Source of the DNA: Myxococcota bacterium
GTDB lineage: Bacteria > Myxococcota_A > UBA796 > UBA2385
Direction: 5' to 3'
Length of the DNA: 64,000 nt
Assembly (NCBI GenBank): GCA_942491145.1
Contig: CALOBC010000038.1
Coordinates: 34,130 to 98,129 of the forward strand
Shown: positions 38,868 to 47,437 of the stretch, piece by piece
Layout: the number at the start of each line of letters is the position of its first letter
How positions within the stretch are numbered: the first letter of the stretch is position 1
Made by a program: the position numbers and the translations under genes
The notes under the pieces: model-generated
Told to the model about the DNA's origin: nothing
The model's input: the letters and a program-made list of their open reading frames with translations, nothing else
Databases searched by the model: none

Positions 38868-40013
38868 ATGATGCTCACCGCCCTCGCGCTTGTTGCGCTG
38901 CTCCCTGCACCCGCCCTGGCCCAGGACGCGCCGCCACCGGTCGTCAATGGCACCCCCACGTCCTCGTATGAGCAGGTCGGGGCCCTGGTGGCGTGCACGT
39001 CGAGCTGGTGCTCCGACTTCTGCTCGGCGACCCTCATCGACGCCGACTGGGTGGTCACCGCGGCCCACTGTGTGGACGCCATCGACGAGTACTACCGGTA
39101 CTACTCGGCGACGCCCTACATCGTGTTTGGTGCCACGGTCGACTCCTACACCGACTACGGCGAGATTGTGGACTGGACCACGCATCCGAGCTGGGACAGC
39201 CGCACCCTCCAGAACGACATCGGCATTCTGGAGCTGTCGGCCCAGGTCACCAGCATGTCCCCCATGCCGCTGAACTACGACAGCCCCGGCACCTTCACGG
39301 TCTCCAGCCTGCGCTACGTCGGCTACGGCATCACGCGCGACTCGGGCAGCGACTCGGGCACCAAGCGCTACGCCGACATCCCGCTGTACGAGTACGACTC
39401 CCAGTTCATCGTCGCCTATGACCGCTCGGGCACCTACAACGTCTGCTCCGGCGACTCCGGCGGCGCGGGCCTCGAAGCCCAGGGCGACGGCACTTGGGAG
39501 CTGGCGGCCGTCAACTCCTACGTCACCCCCGGCTGTGTGGGCGGGGCGACGGGCGGCGCGCGGGTGGATGCGTATGCGTCCTGGCTGACCGGCTACACGG
39601 GCACCATCACCGATGCCTCCACGGGCGGTGGCTCCACCGGCGGCGGCTCGGGCGACAGTGGCTCCGGTGACGGCGGCTCCGGCGATGGCGGCGACAGCGG
39701 CTCGGGCAGTGGCTCCGGCAGTGGCTCGGGCAGTGGCGGCTCCGGCAGTGGCTCGGGCGATGGCGGCTCGGGCGACGATGGCTCGGGTGACGGTGGCTCG
39801 GGCGACGATGGCTCGGGTGATGACGGTGGCGACATCGACACCGAAGACGGCACCACCGAAGACGACGACGTGGTCGAGTGGGGCGACGTAGACGCTGATC
39901 CCGACGACTTTGAGAAGGGCAGCGGCTGCAGCACCGTTGGCGCAAGTGCCGCACCCATCGGTATTCTCGCATGGATGGGCGGCATGGCTGTGGCTCGTCG
40001 TCGCGAAGACTGA
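38868..40013 (+). CDS. Trypsin-like (S1) serine protease with Gly/Ser/Asp linker and MYXO-CTERM-type tail
   Basis: VVNG start, TAAHC, NDIGIL, CSGDSGG; C-terminus GCSTVG..hydrophobic..RRRED. Confidence 0.92.
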   Translation: MMLTALALVALLPAPALAQDAPPPVVNGTPTSSYEQVGALVACTSSWCSDFCSATLIDADWVVTAAHCVDAIDEYYRYYSATPYIVFGATVDSYTDYGEIVDWTTHPSWDSRTLQNDIGILELSAQVTSMSPMPLNYDSPGTFTVSSLRYVGYGITRDSGSDSGTKRYADIPLYEYDSQFIVAYDRSGTYNVCSGDSGGAGLEAQGDGTWELAAVNSYVTPGCVGGATGGARVDAYASWLTGYTGTITDASTGGGSTGGGSGDSGSGDGGSGDGGDSGSGSGSGSGSGSGGSGSGSGDGGSGDDGSGDGGSGDDGSGDDGGDIDTEDGTTEDDDVVEWGDVDADPDDFEKGSGCSTVGASAAPIGILAWMGGMAVARRRED

Positions 40014-40101
40014 GTCCGGCGCGGACGCGCACCCACGACGCTCCCCCTCGGGTCACCGGGTGGGGGCGTCTGTCGTTCTTGGGGACAGGCGGAACAGCGG
40101 C

Positions 40102-41292
40102 TCAGTCGGCCGGGCGGCGGTGGATGGACAACACACCTTCTTCACCGGGAACACCCACCCTAAGTGGAAAGCCGTAGTGCCCGGTGGCCCGGTGTACGTA
40201 CAGCCGGTCCGGGCCCCGGGCCCAGAAGCCATGGTCCGGCACCGACGACAGCGCGCTGACGACGGTGAGCGGCTTGCCAAAGGACACCAGGCCCACCTGA
40301 CCGCCGTGGGTGTGGCCCGCGAGCACCAAGTCGCCTTCGCCCTCTGGGATGTGCACGAAGGCGCCGGGATCGTGCAGCAGCACGATGCGCTGGGTGTCTG
40401 CCAAGCGGGGGACCTGCGCAAAGAGGTCTGCCAGACGCTCTTCTCGGTTCCGCCAAGCGAAGTCTGCGCCCACGATCTGCACGGGTCCGGCCCCGGTCTG
40501 CACTACGGTTGCGGCGTCCACCAGCAGCGTCACCCCTGCGTCGGCCAGCTCCCGATGCACCATCGCGGGGGCCTCGTGGTCATGGTTGCCCAGGCACGCG
40601 AAGGTGCGCCCCTGGAGGGCCTTGAGCGGCGCCAGTGCCTCCGCCAGACAGCCCGGCGTGCCCTGGGACTCCATTGTCAAGAAGTCGCCCGTGAGCAGCA
40701 CCAAGTCGGGGTCGGTGGCCACTGCCCGTGCAGCGATGGCCCGCAGGCGTGCGATCGACATGAACGGGCCCAAGTGGGGGTCGGAGATCTGCACGATGCG
40801 CAGCGGTCGGGACTCGCGAAAGCTGCCATGGCGGCGCCGAGACAGCCCTGGCACGGCCGTGTTGTCGAGGGCGAGGTCGGTGAGGGTCCACCGGGTGCTC
40901 AGCGACTGGACCATGCCGCCCATCGCCACCAGCAGGGGCAGCCACCAGCCCAGCACCGGCCCCCCGAATGCCGCCGAGATGGCCCATGGGAAGCTCAAGA
41001 AGGTGGCCCCCCAGAACCAGTGGGCCGGCAGGGTCACGAGGGCCCGCCAGGGCAACGACCGCATCTTGGGCCACAGCAGCGCCGAGAAGTGCACGTAGAC
41101 ACTCAGATGGAAGAACAGGGCCACCGGCTCCAGACCGAGGGACTGCCAGGTCGACCACAGGCCCACCGCCACGAGGCTGTGGATGCCCAGCATGATGCCC
41201 AAGAAGATGGCGAACGGGCGGCCCCGCCTCCACACGGCGAGGCCGATGCTGAGGGACCAGAGGCTGAGCGAGATCCAGGCGATTGTCGACAT
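40102..41292 (-). CDS. Membrane-anchored metallophosphoesterase (YkuE-like)
   Basis: QISDPHLG, LTGDF, LGNHD, LLHDP, AGHTHGGQ; N-terminal TM helices. Confidence 0.92.
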   Translation of the reverse strand: MSTIAWISLSLWSLSIGLAVWRRGRPFAIFLGIMLGIHSLVAVGLWSTWQSLGLEPVALFFHLSVYVHFSALLWPKMRSLPWRALVTLPAHWFWGATFLSFPWAISAAFGGPVLGWWLPLLVAMGGMVQSLSTRWTLTDLALDNTAVPGLSRRRHGSFRESRPLRIVQISDPHLGPFMSIARLRAIAARAVATDPDLVLLTGDFLTMESQGTPGCLAEALAPLKALQGRTFACLGNHDHEAPAMVHRELADAGVTLLVDAATVVQTGAGPVQIVGADFAWRNREERLADLFAQVPRLADTQRIVLLHDPGAFVHIPEGEGDLVLAGHTHGGQVGLVSFGKPLTVVSALSSVPDHGFWARGPDRLYVHRATGHYGFPLRVGVPGEEGVLSIHRRPAD

Positions 41293-41323
41293 CTGCGGCG
41301 CTTAGCCCGATGCACGTCGCCGG

Positions 41324-41767
41324 TCAGGGCTGGCGGGTCAGGGTGAGCACAAGCTGCCGGGTCTGGGCGAGGTCCTCGGCCACGGCGGTCAAGATGTCCC
41401 CCTCGCGGGCGTAGCGAATGCGCTGAGGCCAGTCGTGTGCGGCATTCTCGAAGACCACCGACCGTGCTTCGCCGCCCGCCCACACAAATGTGGTGGACGT
41501 GTCGCCGCCGGGCCACGCCACGTAGGCGAGGCAGCCATCGGGCTGGGTCTGGATCATCAAGTGCTCAAAGAACACCGTCTGTGTGGGCTTCATCGTGCGG
41601 CTTGAGCCGATGAGGCTGCCGGCTTGGGGAGGGGACCAGCGCTCTTCGGTGGTGGTCCCTTCGTCGGTGTGGGTCCAGACCCCCGCGAGCCAGTCCAGCG
41701 TGGTGGCATTGGCGCAGGGAGGGGCCGCGAGGGCGGTGCTGACAATGCTGATGAATACGATGTTCAT
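41324..41767 (-). CDS. DUF6265-like secreted protein
   Basis: LDWLAGVW, EERWSPPQAGSLIG, VVFENAAHDWPQRIRY. Confidence 0.75.
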   Translation of the reverse strand: MNIVFISIVSTALAAPPCANATTLDWLAGVWTHTDEGTTTEERWSPPQAGSLIGSSRTMKPTQTVFFEHLMIQTQPDGCLAYVAWPGGDTSTTFVWAGGEARSVVFENAAHDWPQRIRYAREGDILTAVAEDLAQTRQLVLTLTRQP

Positions 41768-44418
41768 GCCTGCTTCCGCCGTGCGAGCACCAGAGCTCCG
41801 GGGAACAGCAGCAGCCATCCTCCAGCACTGCCGCCGGCCGCACATCCACAGCCGGCGTCCTTGCCTTCGTCCGCGTCATCTTCTGTCGGGTCTGCGTCTC
41901 CGGAGGTGTCGTCACCACACGGGGCGTCCCCGCCGTCGCAGTCCTGATCGATGCCGTCCCCGCACACCTCGGTCGCGCCGACAAAGCGCTCAGGGTCAGC
42001 ATCATCGCAGTCCACGTCGCAGCTCAGGCCGTCCCGATCGCCGTCCTCCACCGGGTAGCAGTGGTCCGGCATGGGCAGCTGCAGGTCCCACAGGCCCCGG
42101 CCATAGGTCGCGAAGCGCACGGTGTTCTCGTGGGCCAGCACCTCGGCGGACCAGTACAAGGTCACCGGTGCGCTGCCATCGGGGTGGGCGGTGATGTCGG
42201 CCCACGCGCTGTCGTCTGGGCTCCGCATCCACGCGCCCGTCTCCGTGCCGGCGACGATGCGACCGCTGCCGTCCCTCAGCTGCACCAAGGTGTAGACCAG
42301 CGTCTCGGGCAGCCCGTCGCTCCAGGGCGTCCAAGTCTGGCCCCCATCATCGGTGCGGTAGACGGCCGCGCCTTCGTACCCGGTGCCCCCCACCCACGCC
42401 TGCTTCGGTTCGATATTGTCGACCACCAGGGTGTTCCCGTAGAAGTAGTGCCCTGAGGGGGCTGTGCTCTCAGACTCGGCCCAGGTGACGGCGCCATCGG
42501 TGCTGGACCACAGCGAGCCGTGGCTGGTGACGGCGTAGGCTTGGTCAGGTTGGGACGGCGCGAAGGCCAGCGCGCTCAGGTACTCCCCGCTGCGCGCACC
42601 GAAGTCCTGGTCCGAGAACACCTCGGGGGTCCAGGTCTCGGTGTCTGTGCGGCGGTAGCGGTGCAGCTGGTCGGCGCAGAGGAACACCGCTTCGGGGTCG
42701 GTGGGGTCGGCCACCACCATCGGCAACCAGCCCATCGTGGCGCCGCGGGGGAACTCACTGAAGTGCAGGACCGGCTCGTCTTCGCCCTCCTGCGTCAGCA
42801 TCACGCCGGGGTAGACGCTGTGGACGAAGCTGTGGCTGCCGTCGCCGCTGGTGAGGTGGCCGTAGTCGCCCGAGATGGCTTGGGTGAACTGGAACACGGC
42901 GTCGTCTTGGTCCAGCCCGGTGGTGAGCTGGTAGCCCTGGTCTTGGGCGCCGGCCGCGATGTGGTTGGGGTCGACGGAGCTGGTGAGAACATCGTAGTAC
43001 TGGGAGATCCGGAGGCCCTGGAGGGCGAGGTTGTCCACGGTCTCGGCGCCGTCTTGGCTGATGTAGGACCCGCCGTCGGTGTTGATGAACCACAGCTCCT
43101 CGTCGGGATCTTCGGGGTCGGGCGTGGCTTGGATGCCCATGATGTCGGCGTGCAGCTTGTGGGCCGGGTCGCCGTAGTACTGGCCCCAAGCGTTGATGAG
43201 CGTGTGGGACGCGCCGCCGTCGGTGCTGCGGTAGGCCTCGACGCCCCCCCAGACCACGAGATCGGCGTCCACCACGCTGGCTTCGAGGGCCCCCCAGAAG
43301 TCGTCCATCGTGGGCTCGGCCACCGTCCACGTCCAGCCGCCGTCGTCGGACCGGTGAAGCGCGCTGCCGGCTCGGGTCTGGATCGCCAAGTACAGCGTGG
43401 GGGCGCCCGCTTCGGAGCCGGCCAAGTACAGGGACTGGATGTCATCCTCGGCGCCAGGCAACGGACTTCCCCGGACTTCCCAGGTCTCGCCGCCGTCGGT
43501 GCTGACCTCGACAATGCCGTCCACCACGGTATAGACGGTGGGATCTCCGTCCCGAGGCACCCACACATCGTCATTCCAGCCGCCCGCTGAGCCGGGGAAG
43601 GCGCCCAGCTCACGAACGGTGGTGAAGGAGCGGCCGCCGTCGTCCGAGCGGGACAGGGTGGCGGTGTAGCCATTGTCGATGATGGTGTAGACTGCGGCAT
43701 CTTCGTCGGATGCTCTGCGCAGCCGCACCACCCGCCAGACACCCGGCAGGCCGCTGGGCTCCTGCCAGGTCGCCCCGTCGTCGTCACTGACGTGCAGCCA
43801 GCTCCAGCTCGACGCCGCGAGCATGATGTTGGGGTCGCCCGCAGTGTCGCCAGCGCTCACGAGGAGCTGGTGGGCACCGCCATAGAGGTTGTCGCCGAGG
43901 GGCGCCCAGCCGGTGCCGTCCAGCTCGCCGCGCCACACCCCGCCCAGGGCCGAGCCCACGTAGAGGTGGTCGCCGTCGGGGGACACCGCTGCGCTGTGGG
44001 TGCGGCCGGCTTGGTTGTCCGAGCCTCGCTCCTGCCAGCGAGCGTCCAGCGTGTCTGGGGGCAGCGTGCCCTCGGCCAGGGCATTCCGGCGAGCGAGGGA
44101 GCGACGTCCGTTGTCCCGTTCGAGCGCCCGCCAGTCCACGCCGGGGGAGGTGCGGTGCATCTGGGCAAACCAGTCTTTGCGGGCCTTCTTTCGGGCGCTC
44201 GCGGACGTGTCGTCTGCGGCACCGGGCATGACGTCCCAGGGGGGCTGGGGTTGGGGCCAGCGGGCACCGGGGATGAGGGCAGCGCCGGGGGTGATGCGCA
44301 GGGAGGGGCTCGCCAGCTCCGGCGGGCTGCGGTGTGGCATGGACGGCGTGAGGGCCCACACCGTCGTCGTTGCCAGGGTCACCAACACAGCGGCGGGCAG
44401 CGGGCGTGGGTCAGACAT
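41764..44418 (-). CDS. BNR/Asp-box (VPS10/sialidase-like) beta-propeller protein with MopE-like motif and MYXO-CTERM-type tail
   Basis: Repeated SDDDGATW, SDDGGRSF, STDGGETW, TDDGGQTW; DCDDADPERFVGATEVCGDGIDQDCDG; GCGCAAGG..RRKQA. Confidence 0.85.
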   Translation of the reverse strand: MSDPRPLPAAVLVTLATTTVWALTPSMPHRSPPELASPSLRITPGAALIPGARWPQPQPPWDVMPGAADDTSASARKKARKDWFAQMHRTSPGVDWRALERDNGRRSLARRNALAEGTLPPDTLDARWQERGSDNQAGRTHSAAVSPDGDHLYVGSALGGVWRGELDGTGWAPLGDNLYGGAHQLLVSAGDTAGDPNIMLAASSWSWLHVSDDDGATWQEPSGLPGVWRVVRLRRASDEDAAVYTIIDNGYTATLSRSDDGGRSFTTVRELGAFPGSAGGWNDDVWVPRDGDPTVYTVVDGIVEVSTDGGETWEVRGSPLPGAEDDIQSLYLAGSEAGAPTLYLAIQTRAGSALHRSDDGGWTWTVAEPTMDDFWGALEASVVDADLVVWGGVEAYRSTDGGASHTLINAWGQYYGDPAHKLHADIMGIQATPDPEDPDEELWFINTDGGSYISQDGAETVDNLALQGLRISQYYDVLTSSVDPNHIAAGAQDQGYQLTTGLDQDDAVFQFTQAISGDYGHLTSGDGSHSFVHSVYPGVMLTQEGEDEPVLHFSEFPRGATMGWLPMVVADPTDPEAVFLCADQLHRYRRTDTETWTPEVFSDQDFGARSGEYLSALAFAPSQPDQAYAVTSHGSLWSSTDGAVTWAESESTAPSGHYFYGNTLVVDNIEPKQAWVGGTGYEGAAVYRTDDGGQTWTPWSDGLPETLVYTLVQLRDGSGRIVAGTETGAWMRSPDDSAWADITAHPDGSAPVTLYWSAEVLAHENTVRFATYGRGLWDLQLPMPDHCYPVEDGDRDGLSCDVDCDDADPERFVGATEVCGDGIDQDCDGGDAPCGDDTSGDADPTEDDADEGKDAGCGCAAGGSAGGWLLLFPGALVLARRKQA

Positions 44419-44507
44419 GGGCCTCTCCAGGGGTGTCGTGCCCCGATGCTTTCTCGTGGGAACGCCTTGGCCGCGGTGCGCAGCAGCGGCAGGTTATGCG
44501 CCCGGCC

Positions 44508-45569
44508 ATGTCTGCCGCCACCCACACCCTGCCCGTCGCGTACCATGTGCGGGATATACGTATCTTTCCGAATGTGGTGCTCGCGCCGATGGAGGGGGTC
44601 ACCGACCTCGCGTTCCGTCGCCTCGTGCGCCAGATCGGTGGGGCGGGCCTGACGTGCACCGAGTTTGTGGCGAGTGGTGCCCTCATCGCGGGCCAGAACC
44701 GGGAGCGCAACCGCCAATGGCAGATGTGCCGCTTTGACGAAGATGAGCGCCCCGTCAGCATTCAGATCTATGGCAAAGACCCGACCACCATGGCCAGCGC
44801 GGCCCGGGTGGTCCAGGACATGGGCGCCACCATCGTCGACATCAACATGGGCTGTCCGTCCAAGAAGGTGTGCAAGAACTCCGGCGGGTCGGGCCTCATG
44901 GCCGAGCCCGAGCTGGCCATCGACATCGTGCGGGCGGTGCGGGCGGCCATCACGGTGCCGCTGACCGTGAAGATGCGCAGCGGGTTCAGCCCCGATCTGC
45001 GCAATGCGCCCGAGCTGGCCTGGGCCTGCCAAGAAGAAGGGGCCGAGGCCATCACCATCCACTGGCGCACCCGGGCCGATCTGTACGGCGGCCAGCGTGC
45101 GGTGGACAAGATCGCCGAGACCAAGGCCCGGCTGAAGATTCCGGTGATTGGCAATGGGGACGTGGTCGATGTGGCCAGCGCCGTGAAGATGTTCGAGGAC
45201 ACCGGCTGCGACGGCGTGATGGTGGGCCGGGGGGCGATGCGAAACCCGTGGTGCCTGCGCCAGATCGCGGACCACTTGGCGGGTCGGCCCATCACCCAAG
45301 TGACCGCTGACGAGCGGGAGCGGGTGCTGCTCGCCTTTCTCGATGCCCAGATCGACAAGTGTGTGACCGAACACGGCGCGCTGGGTCGCTTCAAGAAGGT
45401 GGCCAACCACTTCACGCGGGGGGTGCCCCGGGGGGCCGAGCTGCTGCGGATGCCAGTGCTGCGCAGCCAGTCAATGGTCGAAGCGAAGACCCGCGTGCAC
45501 ACCTACTTCGACCGCCTGCGGGCCTACGAGAGTGGTGATGTGGACGCCTTTGAGGGGATGGCCTCGTGA
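44508..45569 (+). CDS. dusB: tRNA-dihydrouridine synthase B (DusB/NifR3 family)
   Basis: VVLAPMEGVTD, TEFV, SIQIYG, DINMGCPSKKV, TVKMRSG, IHWRTR, IGNGDV, VMVGRGAMRNPW. Confidence 0.9.
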   Translation: MSAATHTLPVAYHVRDIRIFPNVVLAPMEGVTDLAFRRLVRQIGGAGLTCTEFVASGALIAGQNRERNRQWQMCRFDEDERPVSIQIYGKDPTTMASAARVVQDMGATIVDINMGCPSKKVCKNSGGSGLMAEPELAIDIVRAVRAAITVPLTVKMRSGFSPDLRNAPELAWACQEEGAEAITIHWRTRADLYGGQRAVDKIAETKARLKIPVIGNGDVVDVASAVKMFEDTGCDGVMVGRGAMRNPWCLRQIADHLAGRPITQVTADERERVLLAFLDAQIDKCVTEHGALGRFKKVANHFTRGVPRGAELLRMPVLRSQSMVEAKTRVHTYFDRLRAYESGDVDAFEGMAS

Positions 45570-45991
45570 GCACCACTGCGGCGCTATTGGTGGCCTGGAC
45601 CGCCCGGGTGGGGGTGCCGCTGCCGGCTTCTGCCCATGTGCAGCCGTCTCCGGACGGCCAGTCGCTGGCGCTGGTGGACGTGGGGCTGGGGCTGGTGCTG
45701 TCGGCCGAGACGGGTCCGGACGCCGCGCTGAGTGCGCTCAACGCCCAGCTCTCGCCTTTTGTGGAAGCGGGCCTGACCGCGGAGACTCCGACGACGGTGC
45801 CGTGTGTGCTCGCGGGTGTGCCGGCCGCGTGCTTGTCGAGCACGGTCACGGTGGCCCCCGGCGCAGTGCTGCATGTGCTCGCGGGCGCGCTGCCGGGGAC
45901 CGACTGGGCGGCGGCTTGTCTGGACCGCGGCAAAGATCCCTTGCCGCTGTGTGGGACCGTGATTCGTGCACAGACGCCAACAGTGCGCTGA
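45566..45991 (+). CDS. Hypothetical protein
   Basis: GTGA overlap with the dusB stop; GC-rich codon usage; no motif recognised. Confidence 0.5.
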   Translation: MSTTAALLVAWTARVGVPLPASAHVQPSPDGQSLALVDVGLGLVLSAETGPDAALSALNAQLSPFVEAGLTAETPTTVPCVLAGVPAACLSSTVTVAPGAVLHVLAGALPGTDWAAACLDRGKDPLPLCGTVIRAQTPTVR

Positions 45992-46010
45992 TCCCACGGA
46001 TGGGGTGTCC

Positions 46011-47197
46011 ATGACGCACAAGCTCAAGACGGACACGCTGCTCGGCGAGGGCGGCATGGCCCAAGTGTACCTGGCGGAAGACCCCGCACTCGGCCGCGCG
46101 GTGGCCGTGAAGGTCTTGCGTGCCGAGCTCTGTGACCAAGATGACGTGGTGCAGAGGTTTGTCGGCGAGGCCAAGCTGGCGGCGGCGCTGGACCATCCGG
46201 GCATCTTGCCCATCTACGCATTGGGAGTGGACGACCAGGGGCGCCCGGCGGTCAGCATGAAGCTGAGCCAAGGGGGCTCGCTGCACGATCGCATGCAGGG
46301 GGACCGACGGCTGCCTCAAGGCGACGTGATTGACGAGCTGGTCGATGTTGTCGTGAAGGTCTGTGAAGCGCTGGGCCGGCCCATGACCACGGGGTGGTGC
46401 ATGGCGACATCAAGACCCGCAACATCCTGTTGGGTCGCCACGGCGTGGTCTATGTTGCGGACTGGGGCAACGCATGTGCCATGGGTGCCGAAGCGCCGCT
46501 TGGACCCGATGGCCGCCCGACCATCTTGGGTACACCCGCTGTGTTGTCGCCGGAGCAAGCGGCGGGTGGACCGGTCGATGCCCGCACCGATGTGTTTGGG
46601 GTGGGGGCGATGCTCTATACGTTGTTGGCCCGGCGGGTGCCGTATGGACGAGGCGGCCCCCAAGCCCGCATTGACGCCGCGAGGGTGGGCCAGCGCAAGC
46701 CCTTGAACACCGTGGCACGGCGGACCCCGGGGGTGTTGTGTGCCATAGTGGAGCGGGCGATGGCGCTCCACCCAACGGACCGTCACCCCACCATCGATGC
46801 GCTGCGGGACGACTTGGTCGCCTACCGTCGCCGCCAAGTGGACGCCCCCTTGCGGTTGTTGAGTGACGGAGAGGTGCTGGTGCGCCAGGGTGACCCGTCG
46901 GACGCCTTGTATATTGTCGAGGGAGGACGGCTGCGGGTCAGCGCCACCCATGACGGGGTGGAGCGCGCCCTCGGGGAGTGCGCGGCGGGGGATGTGATTG
47001 GCGAGATTGGGTTGTTGGCAGACGATGTGCGCACGGCCACCGTGACGGCAGAGGGGCGGGTGAGCGTGCGGGTGGTGCGGCGGGACGCGGTGCAGGATGA
47101 GCTCGCTCGGCTGTCGCCGTGGCTGCAGACGGTGTTCACGGTGCTCGCCCGTCGGCTGCATGCCAAGGTCCAGGTGGACCCGGTGATTCCGCGGTAG
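46011..47197 (+). pseudogene. Ser/Thr protein kinase fused to a cyclic-nucleotide-binding domain, frameshifted near 46378
   Basis: LGEGGMAQVY, VAVKVL, RFVGEA in one frame; HGDIKTRNILL, ADWG, GTPAVLSPEQ, DVFGVG and cNMP motifs (VRQGDPSDALYIVEG, IGEIGLL..RTATV) in the next. Adding one base restores A-H-D-H-G-V-V-H-G-D. Confidence 0.85.
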
Positions 47198-47437
47198 GGG
47201 CCAGACTGGGGCTGATGGCCGTGGTGCGGTGGGTGGTCTGTGGCCTTGTGATGATCATCGTGCTCGTGGTGATTTTCCTGTTTGTGGCGTTCAGCGGCCG
47301 GCGCACCGTCTTCCGTGGTGCGGTCTTGGCGGGCTTCGCCGTGGTCGCCAAGGAATGGACCGACCTGAAGTGCGGGTTCAGCCGGGCGACTCGGATGTTC
47401 GATCTCGAGCAAGACGAGCAGCGCTGCGGGCCAGCGC

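Noticed and set aside
31725-45569. Two dihydrouridine synthase genes within 14 kb as a duplication
   Set aside because: They are distinct DusA and DusB subfamilies that commonly co-exist
46370-46390. Programmed ribosomal frameshift in the kinase gene
   Set aside because: No slippery heptamer or homopolymer run; an indel is the simpler explanation
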